Source of the DNA: an uncultured Halobacteriales archaeon
Lineage (GTDB): Archaea > Halobacteriota > Halobacteria > Halobacteriales > Hikarchaeaceae
DNA: 64,000 bases
Assembly (NCBI GenBank): GCA_964554565.1
Contig: CAZKPC010000001.1
Coordinates: 16,956 to 80,955 of the forward strand
Reading direction: 5' to 3'
Shown: positions 54,947-63,683 of the stretch, piece by piece
How positions within the stretch are numbered: the first letter of the stretch is position 1
Layout: each line of letters begins with the position of its first letter
The notes under the pieces: generated by a model
Database searches by the model: none
Seen by the model: the letters and a program-made list of their open reading frames with translations, nothing else
Told to the model about the DNA's origin: nothing
Program-made: the position numbers and the translations under genes

Positions 54947-55696
54947 GGGATCGGCCGCGTCCGCGAGCGATGCTTTGACCTCATCCGCGAGGGCATCCGC
55001 CCGGCGAACCGGTTCCGGGAGCTTGTAACCGGCACAACAGCGGAGCACGAGATCGGCCGCTCGCTCCGCACTGATCCGGTGACCCGGACTCACGTAGACG
55101 GGATTGACGTACCGATCGGCGCTATCGAACTGTCGGGTCTGGACCGCGTAGCCGATGACGGTGCCGTTCTCCGCAGTCACCTCCTCGTCGGCGGCGATGG
55201 CCACCTCGGTCCCTGCATCAAGGCCCGTGACCGAACCCGTTGGCGTCCCACAGAGGAGTTGCTTGGTCACGCCGATAGCGGGGCGGTCGAAGGTGACGCC
55301 GAGATGGGTCGCCAACCCCGCCTGTCGGTAATGGATCCGGCCTGAACCGTCGAACAGCAGGAGGTCCGGCGGGAGAGTCAGCTTCTCGAGGGCTGCCCGG
55401 ACCGGGCCGCCCTCACGGAACGCCAGATAGCCGGGCACGTAGGGGAACTCGAGGTCCGTAACAGCCCGGGCAGTCTCCACCGTCTCACCGGCTTCTCTGA
55501 CGACCACGGCGCTGACTACCCGATCGTCGAGGAAGGCTTGGTCGATACCGGCGACGCGGAGCGAATCGACCGACGCTGGATCGAGCGGCGGGTCGTCCGA
55601 GAAGATAGCGACGTCAGCGATCTCAGCTTGGAGGCGGTCCATCCGCTCACGTTCCATCGTCCCGTCCGGGATGAATTCGGGACGGACCGGCTCCAT
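54911..55696 (-). CDS. nfi: Endonuclease V
   Basis: Start ATG 55696 (MEPVRPEF). Motifs VAGIDQAF and PYVPGYLAFREG. The start overlaps the rhomboid stop (TAATG). Confidence 0.88.
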   Translation of the reverse strand: MEPVRPEFIPDGTMERERMDRLQAEIADVAIFSDDPPLDPASVDSLRVAGIDQAFLDDRVVSAVVVREAGETVETARAVTDLEFPYVPGYLAFREGGPVRAALEKLTLPPDLLLFDGSGRIHYRQAGLATHLGVTFDRPAIGVTKQLLCGTPTGSVTGLDAGTEVAIAADEEVTAENGTVIGYAVQTRQFDSADRYVNPVYVSPGHRISAERAADLVLRCCAGYKLPEPVRRADALADEVKASLADAADPSNPGREGGQHP

Positions 55697-56574
55697 TAGA
55701 ACCGGCGTCGGGGGCCGCCGCGCCCGCCGCCGAACTGGAGCTCGGTGGGGGCGCTCGCGCCGGCCCGTTTGAGCTTCTCCCCGTAAGCCAATCCGACAAC
55801 GAGCCCGGCCAGATGTGCGAGGTGCGCGACCCCGCCGGCCCCGATCCCGCCACCGAGGGCGATGAAGACGGAATAGCCGGCGAAGCCGACCGTGAGAATC
55901 CACAGCGGGACGGGGAGGATGAAGTAGAGGTAGACCCTGAGCTGCGGGTTCAACACCGTCAGGACGCCCATGATCGCCATGATGGCGCCGCTGGCTCCCA
56001 CCACGCCGCTGAACTCACCCAACGCGATCGCCGTGGTAATCTGGGCCAGCCCCGCAAACACGCCGGCACCGAGGAACAGGGCGACGAACGCCCGGGTTCC
56101 GACCCGTCGCTCCACGATCGGCCCGAAGAAGTACAGGACGATGCTGTTGACCAGGATGTGTCCGAACCCGCCGTGGGCGAACACCGCGGTCAACCAGGTC
56201 CAGACGAACTCGGGATGGGCCGACCGAAGCACGAACAGCGTCTCATGGAGGGTCGGCGAGATGAACTGGCGAACGATCAACTGGACGAAGAACGTGACCC
56301 ACATCAGGGCTAGGAACAAGTACGACGCGTTGCCCCTGAAGTAGCCGAACAGACCGCCGGCATCGACCTCGATCCCCGGCGCCATCGACCCCGGCTCGTC
56401 GCGGACCTGGTCGTCGAACCCGCTGTCGAACACGCCGGACGGGTCGTCCCAGTCCTCGAGCCCCGAGCAGTTGTGGTTCTCCGGGAGGCGGTGTTCGGCA
56501 CAGTAGGAGCCGCCACAGTAGTGACAGGAGTACGGCATGTCCTCCTGCCGCCCACACACGTCACACGTCGCCAT
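55696..56574 (-). CDS. Rhomboid intramembrane serine protease with N-terminal AN1-type zinc finger
   Basis: AN1 finger CDVCGRQEDMPYSCHYCGGSYCAEHRLPENHNC. Rhomboid motifs HILVN, GASGAIMA and AHLAHLAG. Start ATG 56574 (MATCDVCG). Confidence 0.88.
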   Translation of the reverse strand: MATCDVCGRQEDMPYSCHYCGGSYCAEHRLPENHNCSGLEDWDDPSGVFDSGFDDQVRDEPGSMAPGIEVDAGGLFGYFRGNASYLFLALMWVTFFVQLIVRQFISPTLHETLFVLRSAHPEFVWTWLTAVFAHGGFGHILVNSIVLYFFGPIVERRVGTRAFVALFLGAGVFAGLAQITTAIALGEFSGVVGASGAIMAIMGVLTVLNPQLRVYLYFILPVPLWILTVGFAGYSVFIALGGGIGAGGVAHLAHLAGLVVGLAYGEKLKRAGASAPTELQFGGGRGGPRRRF

Positions 56575-56700
56575 TGGTCGGGGTTGGCGACCCGCGAGCA
56601 AAGGGGTTTGGGAAACCACACCAGGAGCGGCCAAAGGCCCCTGGTCGGCGAGTCGGTAACACCGCCGAACCTTTTAGCTGGCCGCGGCGTACGCCCGGCC

Positions 56701-57132
56701 GTGAAGGCGTATCAGCGGAAGCAGTTACTCGAGCGCGTCGACCGGGAGGGCAGTACGGTCGGCAGCAGTATCCCGGAGCGGATCAAGGTCCAGGGGGAAC
56801 CGGTCGAGCTCCGGGAGTTCGTCTTCGAGATCAAGCGGCGGGAGACCGTCCCGGCCAGCGAGCGGGAACGCGTCGAGCGGGCCAAGAAGCAACTTCGCCG
56901 GGAACGGCTGGCCCGGCGGCAAACGATCGAAGCTGGTGACGTCTCCTACGAGCGGGGCCGTGAACTGGCGGACAGTATCCTCGGTATCGATCGCGCCTTG
57001 AACGCCCTCGAGTCGCTGGAGCCCACCGATCTGGAGGCCGAGGCCTCGGCTCAGGAAACCGCGGACCGGAAACGCTGGTTCAACTTCCTCAAGCAGGTGC
57101 TCGGACAGGAGGAGGGGCAGTCCCGGCCATGA
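56701..57132 (+). CDS. Conserved charged helical protein, function unknown (translationally coupled to polX)
   Basis: GTG 56701 (VKAYQRKQLLERV) is the first start after the divergent rhomboid promoter region. 143 aa, R/E-rich. The stop overlaps the polX ATG (ATGA). Confidence 0.6.
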   Translation: MKAYQRKQLLERVDREGSTVGSSIPERIKVQGEPVELREFVFEIKRRETVPASERERVERAKKQLRRERLARRQTIEAGDVSYERGRELADSILGIDRALNALESLEPTDLEAEASAQETADRKRWFNFLKQVLGQEEGQSRP

Positions 57133-58868
57133 GCCGAAACGACGAAATCGCCGCGCTGTTCGAAGAACTGGCGGCCCGGCTCGAGGCCCAGGACGATCCC
57201 TACCGGCCCCGGGCGTACCGCCGGGCAGCTGAGAACATCAGCGCGCATCCGGAGCCGATCGAGGCGGTCGCCGAGGAGGGACAGGGCGCGCTGGAGGCCA
57301 TCGAGGGGGTCGGCGAGGCGATCGCGAGCAAGATCATCGAATACCTCGAGTCCGGCGAGATCGCGGCGCTCGAGGAGGCCCGCGAGGAGCTCCCCGTCGA
57401 CATGAGGGCCCTGACCCGAGTGGAGGGCGTCGGCCCGAAAACCGTGGGCGACCTCTACGAGGCGCTGGGGGTGACCGACCTCGACGAGCTCGAAGCGGCG
57501 GCTGAAGCGGGAGAGATCCGCGAACTCGACGGCTACGGCGAAACCTCGGAAGCCAACATCCTCGAGAACATCCCGTTCGCTCGGGAGGCTCGAGAGCGGG
57601 CGCTGTCGGCCGAGGCCAGGCCGCTCGCGGACGAGCTGCTCGCCCATCTCGAGGCCAGCTCCGCCATCGAGGACTGTGCGGCCGCCGGGTCCCTCCGCCG
57701 CTGGCGCGAAACCGTCGGGGACGTTGACCTGCTCGCCGCCGGTCCCGACCACCAAGCCGCGGTCGACCGATTGACCGCCTGGGACGAGGTCGAGGACGTG
57801 ATCGAGGCTGGATCGGGCAAGGCGAGCGTGCGGGCCCGCGGCCTCCGAGTCGATCTCCGCGTCGTGGACCCCGAGGAGTACGGGAGCGCCCTCCAGTACT
57901 TCACCGGCTCCCGGGATCACAACGTGGGGCTCCGATCCCGAGCGATCGAACGCGGGTTGAAAGTCAACGAGTACGGCGTCTTCGACGTCAGTGACGTCCC
58001 GGATTCGACGGATGATCAACGGGCCGGTGAGCGGGTCGCCGGCGCCACGGAGGCCTCGGTCTACGAGGCGGTCGGCCTCGATTGGATCCCGCCCGAGCTC
58101 CGGGAAGACCACGGCGAACTCGCGGCCGCCGCGGCGGGGACGCTCCCGGACCTCCTCGAGCCGGGGGACCTGCGAGGGGATCTCCACGTGCACACGGATT
58201 GGTCGGATGGCGATCTCCCGCCGGCGGCGATGATCGGGGCCGCCGCGGACGCGGGCTACGACTACCTCGGCATCGCCGACCACGCCACGGGCCCGGGCAT
58301 GGTCGGCGGCGTCGGCGTCGAGGACGATACGCTCCTCGAGCTCGCGGAGACGATCAGGGAGCTCCGCGAGACGGCTGCCGTCACGGTGTTCGCCGGCGTC
58401 GAGGCGAACATCGCCGCTGATGGCGGGTTGTCGGTCCGCGAGGAGGTCCTCGACACGTTGGACCTCGTGGTTGCCTCCCCCCATAGCGGGCTCGACGGCG
58501 ACGGGACCGACCGTTTGGTGACCGCCATCGAACACCCGTCAGTTGACGTGCTCGGTCACCCGTCCGGGCGGATGTTGAATCGGCGATCGGGGATGGAGAT
58601 CGACGTCGACGAGATCGCCGAGGCCGCCCGGTCGAACGGCGTGGCCCTCGAAGTCAACGCCAATCCCCATCGGATAGACCTCTGGGGCGAGGCTGTCCGC
58701 CGCGCCGTGGAGGCGGGCGCCACGATCGCCATCAACACCGATGCTCACCGAGCGGCGGAATACAACCATCGCCGCTACGGCCTCCACGCGGCTCGGCGCG
58801 GGTGGGCCGAAACGAGCGACGTCCTCACGGCCAGAACGGCCGACGAGGTCAGGTCCTTTCTCCACTGA
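57129..58868 (+). CDS. polX: Family X DNA polymerase with C-terminal PHP domain (PolX)
   Basis: Pol-beta-like HhH motifs (GVGEAIASKI, VEGVGPKTV), nucleotidyltransferase GSLRRWRETVGDVDLL and the PHP motif DLHVHTDWSDG. Confidence 0.92.
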   Translation: MSRNDEIAALFEELAARLEAQDDPYRPRAYRRAAENISAHPEPIEAVAEEGQGALEAIEGVGEAIASKIIEYLESGEIAALEEAREELPVDMRALTRVEGVGPKTVGDLYEALGVTDLDELEAAAEAGEIRELDGYGETSEANILENIPFAREARERALSAEARPLADELLAHLEASSAIEDCAAAGSLRRWRETVGDVDLLAAGPDHQAAVDRLTAWDEVEDVIEAGSGKASVRARGLRVDLRVVDPEEYGSALQYFTGSRDHNVGLRSRAIERGLKVNEYGVFDVSDVPDSTDDQRAGERVAGATEASVYEAVGLDWIPPELREDHGELAAAAAGTLPDLLEPGDLRGDLHVHTDWSDGDLPPAAMIGAAADAGYDYLGIADHATGPGMVGGVGVEDDTLLELAETIRELRETAAVTVFAGVEANIAADGGLSVREEVLDTLDLVVASPHSGLDGDGTDRLVTAIEHPSVDVLGHPSGRMLNRRSGMEIDVDEIAEAARSNGVALEVNANPHRIDLWGEAVRRAVEAGATIAINTDAHRAAEYNHRRYGLHAARRGWAETSDVLTARTADEVRSFLH

Positions 58869-58903
58869 GCGAGCACCTGCTCAGCTTCGGCGTCCGCTAC
58901 CCG

Positions 58904-59803
58904 TTACCGGTAGGCGTTCGGAACCCAGGCGTCGCAGGGCTCCATGTCGTCCATCAGCTCGTCGTGATGACCGCAGTACGGTTCGATGTCACCCTCGACG
59001 TTGACGTAATCGAAGTGGCGGCAGTTCCCGCAGTACCGATCCGGGTTCGATGCGTGGGCCGGCGCCCGCTCCGCTGGGGCCGCCGGGGCTTGACCCTGCG
59101 TTTGGGTCCCACCGTCGCTGGCCGGGGTTGAGCTCCCCGGCGACGGCGTCCCGTCGCTGTGAACGATGACCCCGTCGTCTTCGGGCTCCGGTCCGCCACC
59201 GGTCATGACCGATTCGCGATCGACGTCGCCAACGACACCGACGCCGCCGACGCCGCCGACGTCGGCCAGCGTCGAACCCTCGAGTTCCGAGACCGGCACC
59301 TCGACCAGCTGGGTTTCACCGTTGACCGACCGCTCGATAGTGATCGTGCCGCCGGGATCGTTTCGGGTCTTGAAGTTGACCACGGCGGTGAACAGCGACC
59401 AGAACGTGGTGAGAACCCCCACGAAGTACAACGCGGTCACCGGCAGCGTCAGGTGGTTCTGAGTGGCCGTGATCCACTGTTCGGGATACGTCGACCAGAA
59501 GAGGACGACGCCGAGCAGCGCGATGGCCGCGCCGACGGCCGCGACGGCCCGCTCCCGGTCGCTCGCTGGCAGCACGGTGAAGATGCCGACGAAGACCGCC
59601 GGGACCCCCAACCCGGCGAGGATCCCCGCGATCTCCCGAGCCTCGTACACGCCGAACCCGAGGGGTCGTAGCACGCCGGTCGACGCCACGACGATGGCCA
59701 CCACCGCGAACAGGGCCCCAGCCGCGAACAACCCCGTCCCCAGGTACAATCGGCGGAGGCTCTCGTTCCGAGCCCCGTGGTATGCCTCCGCGAGGCTGGT
59801 CAT
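58904..59803 (-). CDS. Membrane protein (4 helices) with a low-complexity linker and a C-terminal HiPIP-like four-Cys module
   Basis: Start ATG 59803 (MTSLAEAY). C-terminus CGNCRHF-x12-C-x12-CDAW, i.e. Cys spacing 2/15/12 followed by xxW. Confidence 0.65.
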   Translation of the reverse strand: MTSLAEAYHGARNESLRRLYLGTGLFAAGALFAVVAIVVASTGVLRPLGFGVYEAREIAGILAGLGVPAVFVGIFTVLPASDRERAVAAVGAAIALLGVVLFWSTYPEQWITATQNHLTLPVTALYFVGVLTTFWSLFTAVVNFKTRNDPGGTITIERSVNGETQLVEVPVSELEGSTLADVGGVGGVGVVGDVDRESVMTGGGPEPEDDGVIVHSDGTPSPGSSTPASDGGTQTQGQAPAAPAERAPAHASNPDRYCGNCRHFDYVNVEGDIEPYCGHHDELMDDMEPCDAWVPNAYR

Positions 59804-59973
59804 ACCGGGTGATTCTGTGTGCCGAACCAAAAGGGTACCCCCCATGTCAGACAACCGCACGCCGGCGAGCTGACGCCGGTTCGGACCGGGCCAGCGGGCC
59901 CTGGATCGGCGGAGTTCGACCCGGCCCGCCCGGAAGGAAAGCACTTAATCGCCAACCGTCGTAACCGAGGGAT

Positions 59974-60267
59974 ATGGCGGAAGACGAGGCGGACGACGCC
60001 GCCGAGGACGAACCCGCGGTCGACCTCGGCGAGGCGGAGCCGGTGTCGGGAGCCCCGCTGGCGCGGGTGGCTTCCCGCCTGACGTGGCCCATCGAGCAGA
60101 GCGAGGTGGCCCGGAAGGAGGGCGAGACGGTCGTCAGAACGGTGGACGGCCCGCGGGCGCTCGCAGACGTACTGGACGCCGTGGATACCACCTATTTCGC
60201 GAGCCGGCAGGAGTTCGTGAGCAGCGTGCGTGACGTGATCGGGATCGGCCCGATGCCGACGGAGTAG
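59974..60267 (+). CDS. Small acidic conserved hypothetical protein
   Basis: 97 aa with a D/E-rich N-terminus, then a folded-looking core (LTWPIEQSEVARKEGETVVRTVDG..FASRQEFVSSVRDVIG). Followed 2 nt later by a CPBP-like gene. Confidence 0.6.
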   Translation: MAEDEADDAAEDEPAVDLGEAEPVSGAPLARVASRLTWPIEQSEVARKEGETVVRTVDGPRALADVLDAVDTTYFASRQEFVSSVRDVIGIGPMPTE

Positions 60268-60269
60268 CG

Positions 60270-60953
60270 GTGTCCACCCCGGCTCTCGGCCGTTGGGAGC
60301 GCCCCTCGCTGACCTGGGTCCGGCTCTCGTTGTTGGTCGGTGTGGCCTTGACGGCTGTCTGGACCGCCTGGTCCAGCCAGGGGATCGACGCCCGCCTCGT
60401 CCGTGACGGCGTCACGTTCCTCCTGGTTCCGATGGTGCTCGGGGCGGTCTACGGTCGGAAACTGGGCTGGCGGGTCGACCGGCGCGCGATCCGGAACGCG
60501 GTCTTGCTCGCGCTGTTCGTCCTGCCGTTCTACGTCGTCGGCTCATCGCTTCCAACGATCAGGGCCTACTACCCGATGTGGGGCCTCGATTCGTCGCACG
60601 CGGCAGCGTTCTGGCCCCACGCCGCCAAGCAGTTCGTGATCGTCCTGGCCGCGGAGACCTACTACCGTGGCTTGCTCTGTGTGGGCGTTCGGGAGATCGG
60701 GTTCAAGAGCGTCTTCATCAGCCCCATCGCGTACGCGTTGGCCCACACTGCCAAGCCCCCCGTCGAACTGGTACTGTCCGGGCCGACGGACGTACTGTTC
60801 GGCGCCGTCGACTACCGGAGCAACTCGATCCTGCCGTCGGTCGTTGCCCACGGTGCCGGCCTCGGGCTCCTCGACTGGCTCGTGCTCCACCCGCCGCTGC
60901 TCGCGCCGGCGCGAGTCCTCGCGTGGCTCTCGTGGCTCCCGCTGCCGCTCTGA
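60270..60953 (+). CDS. Divergent CPBP-like intramembrane protease
   Basis: The polytopic protein has AETYYRG (motif 1 with Ala-Glu instead of Glu-Glu), YALAH and VVAHG motifs. GTG start 2 nt after the preceding stop. Confidence 0.6.
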   Translation: MSTPALGRWERPSLTWVRLSLLVGVALTAVWTAWSSQGIDARLVRDGVTFLLVPMVLGAVYGRKLGWRVDRRAIRNAVLLALFVLPFYVVGSSLPTIRAYYPMWGLDSSHAAAFWPHAAKQFVIVLAAETYYRGLLCVGVREIGFKSVFISPIAYALAHTAKPPVELVLSGPTDVLFGAVDYRSNSILPSVVAHGAGLGLLDWLVLHPPLLAPARVLAWLSWLPLPL

Positions 60954-61014
60954 GCTGGCCGCGGAACCGGCGCCGAGCTCCACGTTTTTGGTGGCCGACC
61001 CCGAACGGGCCGGC

Positions 61015-61464
61015 GTGAGCTTAGCGATCGACCCATCGGCCCTCGACGGCGACGACATCGGCGAGAAGCGGGCGACCCTCGAAATGGACCATGCCGCCGC
61101 TGTGGAACACGTCCGGGAGGCCTTCACGGCGGCGGGTTTTGGCGTGGCAACCGAGTTCTCACCCAGCGAGCTGCTGAACGAGAAGATCGATGCCGGGCGG
61201 GAGCCCTATCACGTCCTCGGCGCCTGCAACCCGCGGATGGCCGACCAGGCGTTGGATGCCTCCGAACGGCGCATCGGCGGACTGTTCCCGTGTAACGTGA
61301 TCGTCTGGCAGGAGGCCCCCGGGCGCCAACACGTCTATCACGTGTCGATCATGAAGATCGCGCGGCTCGTGGGAATGGCGCCGGACGACGAACGCTGGGC
61401 CGAGATCGTCGGCGAAACGGGTGACCTGGTTGAGGCGGCCTGGGCCAACCTCGACGCGGCGTGA
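61015..61464 (+). CDS. DUF302 domain protein
   Basis: GFGVATEF..YHVLGACNPRMA..IGGLFPCNVIVWQ matches my recollection of DUF302. The start is uncertain (GTG 61015, or TTG/GTG at 60988-60991). Confidence 0.75.
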   Translation: MSLAIDPSALDGDDIGEKRATLEMDHAAAVEHVREAFTAAGFGVATEFSPSELLNEKIDAGREPYHVLGACNPRMADQALDASERRIGGLFPCNVIVWQEAPGRQHVYHVSIMKIARLVGMAPDDERWAEIVGETGDLVEAAWANLDAA

Positions 61465-61481
61465 GTTGAACCGAGGGCCGC

Positions 61482-62243
61482 CTACCACACCATCGCAGGG
61501 GCCGGTGGCTGGCCCGCGAACCGGAGACTCACGAAGAGCAGGATCGCGAGCGTCGAGTTGTAGAGCCCGTGGACGAGCGCTGGGACGAGGAGGTTCCCGG
61601 TCCGTTCGTAGGCCGCGCCGAACACGAGGCTCGGCAGGAACAGGATCGCGATCGTCGTGAGCCGCGGGCCGACCCCGCCAGTCAAGGCCATGAAGTGCAC
61701 GCCAGCGAAGACCGCGGCGGCGATCACCACGGCCCCGACGGGGCCGAAACTCCGCCTGAGCGTTCCCTGAACCGCCCCCCGGAACAGGAGTTCCTCGCCC
61801 GGACCGACCAGGAACAGGCTGATCGGCACGAGCAGGAGCAAGAGCGCGGGTTCGGCGATCCCCAGCTCGCTGAGCTGGTTGGGTGCGGGCTGAGCCCCGG
61901 TCAGCCCGACGACGATCGAGGCGCCGAACACGGAACTGATCGCGAGCAGGTAGGCCGCCCCGACCCAGGCCAGATCGCGGGGCGTCGGCGGGCGGATGCC
62001 GATGAACGAGCGGCCAAGGCCTCGGAACCGCACGTAAGCAATCGAGACCCCGCCGAACGCGACCCCGGCGGTCAGGGCGAGCGTCAGGAGGACCGACCCG
62101 ATCACGCCGAGGTCCAGCCCGAGTCCCCGGATTAAGACCCCAGCAGCGAGAGTCAAAACGATCGCGGTCAGGATGCCGGCGAAGGCGACCGCCAGCGCGA
62201 CACCGAGCGATCGACCGCGGGCGACCGCGCCGTCCCTGTCCAT
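61482..62243 (-). CDS. CPBP (CAAX/Abi-type) intramembrane protease
   Basis: Start ATG 62243 (MDRDGAVARG). Motifs GPGEELLFRG, FAGVH and HGLYN. The upstream 155 codons of the track ORF are rejected. Confidence 0.8.
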   Translation of the reverse strand: MDRDGAVARGRSLGVALAVAFAGILTAIVLTLAAGVLIRGLGLDLGVIGSVLLTLALTAGVAFGGVSIAYVRFRGLGRSFIGIRPPTPRDLAWVGAAYLLAISSVFGASIVVGLTGAQPAPNQLSELGIAEPALLLLLVPISLFLVGPGEELLFRGAVQGTLRRSFGPVGAVVIAAAVFAGVHFMALTGGVGPRLTTIAILFLPSLVFGAAYERTGNLLVPALVHGLYNSTLAILLFVSLRFAGQPPAPAMVW

Positions 62244-62287
62244 GGCGTCACTCGGCAATGGGGCGGCAAAAACGCGTTGTTCGGCCC

Positions 62288-63544
62288 TCAGGCGAAATCG
62301 ACGAGGCCGGACTGGAGCCCTGACACGAGATGGGACTTCCGTTGGAGTTCGTCGTACGAAACGGGGAGCTGCTCGGCCACCGTGCGCACTGCGTCGTGGA
62401 ACGTCTCGGCCTCGCCATAGGTCCCGTCGAAGGCGTTCCGGATGCTTTCCCGGATCTGCCAGACGCCGACCGGCGCCCAGTACTCGTCGGAGACCTCCCG
62501 AAGGACCAGGCATTTCGCCTGGCGGCCCACGTCTTCGAGGTGTTCGAGGACGCCCAGCCTGGCCGCGTAGTACGCCCCAGCCGTTTCCTCGACGTAGGCC
62601 GTCCGCCCCTCGAAGCCCTCGTGGGCGGCCGCCATCCAGACGTCGCCGGTCGGGTCCTGGTTCCAAACGCTGCCCGGCGCCTTCATCTCGACGAGCTCGT
62701 ACTCCCATTGGCCCGGCGCGAGCACGACCCAGTACCGGTTGCCGACGTATTCGTTCATCCAGACCTGGACCTCGTCCACCGCCGGCTCGTTCCGGATCCG
62801 GCCGCGGAGGTACTGTCCGACCGTGTCATCGACGGCCGTGATCGACCACCGGGTCGGAACCAGGCGGCGCTGTTGGTTCTGGCCTAACGCCCCGGCCGAG
62901 AGGATCGAGTTGATGCTGTAGACGTCGAACCCCCGCCGGTAGAGGTAGTTCATCGCCCCCTGGGCCTGCCAATCGTCGTCCGAGAGCGTTTTCTCGACGT
63001 CCCGGGGGACGTGCGGGTTCTCGGTCAGGGCCGCTGACTCCGCCCTCGCTCGGGGGCCGGTCGGGGACGTGATGTCGTCGACATCGAGGTCGAGCTCCAA
63101 CTGTTCGGCGAGCCCGATTTCCACATCGACCGGCCGGTCGGCGATCGCGACCTCGCGTTGAACGCCCACGAACCCGTCCCAGACATCGTTGACATCGACA
63201 TTGGCTGAACGGTTGGAGTTCAACAGCCCGGTCCGGTACTGAAGCACGCTCTCGATCCCGAGGCCCTGCTGGTACCAATCGCTGTTTGTGGCGAACCGAT
63301 CGGCCGGGGCATCGCGATCGACCGGCGCGAGAATGCCCGTCGAGACGGAGGGATAGCCGGAGCGGCCAACGAAGATCTCCGGTGCGGTGCTGCCGAACAG
63401 CGCGTCCCCCTGATTGACGGATTCGAGGTGGTCCTCAACCTCGTCCAGATAGTCCACGATCTCGTAGGACTTCTCCTGGGCCAGCCGACGTCGCTCCGCG
63501 GTTTCATCCGGCGTGAAGCCCTCGATGTAGTCCTCGAGCCGCAT
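62288..63544 (-). CDS. nreA: Archaeal Nre-family DNA repair protein (NreA-like) with a C-terminal PCNA-interaction (PIP) motif
   Basis: 418 aa. The N-terminus ..FVGRSGYPSVSTGILAP.. is typical of the Nre family as I recall it. The C-terminus ends QSGLVDFA (QxxLxxFA PIP-like box). Confidence 0.75.
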   Translation of the reverse strand: MRLEDYIEGFTPDETAERRRLAQEKSYEIVDYLDEVEDHLESVNQGDALFGSTAPEIFVGRSGYPSVSTGILAPVDRDAPADRFATNSDWYQQGLGIESVLQYRTGLLNSNRSANVDVNDVWDGFVGVQREVAIADRPVDVEIGLAEQLELDLDVDDITSPTGPRARAESAALTENPHVPRDVEKTLSDDDWQAQGAMNYLYRRGFDVYSINSILSAGALGQNQQRRLVPTRWSITAVDDTVGQYLRGRIRNEPAVDEVQVWMNEYVGNRYWVVLAPGQWEYELVEMKAPGSVWNQDPTGDVWMAAAHEGFEGRTAYVEETAGAYYAARLGVLEHLEDVGRQAKCLVLREVSDEYWAPVGVWQIRESIRNAFDGTYGEAETFHDAVRTVAEQLPVSYDELQRKSHLVSGLQSGLVDFA

Positions 63545-63683
63545 CTGGGGGTCGATAGCCGCCTCGCGGGCTTGAATCTATCCCGCGGGGCTCTCCGAGC
63601 CGGGAACGAGTGTCACTGAATTAGCTCGATCTGACTGCCGGACAAAACCCTCAACTGCCCGGACCCGGGACCCTCGACTGCGA

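Noticed and set aside
57051-58535. 494-aa minus-strand ORF antisense to polX, and likewise the 543-aa plus-strand ORF 30157-31788 antisense to gltB.
   Set aside because: Both overlap genes with strong family motifs on the opposite strand and have Arg/Val/Gly-rich artefact composition.
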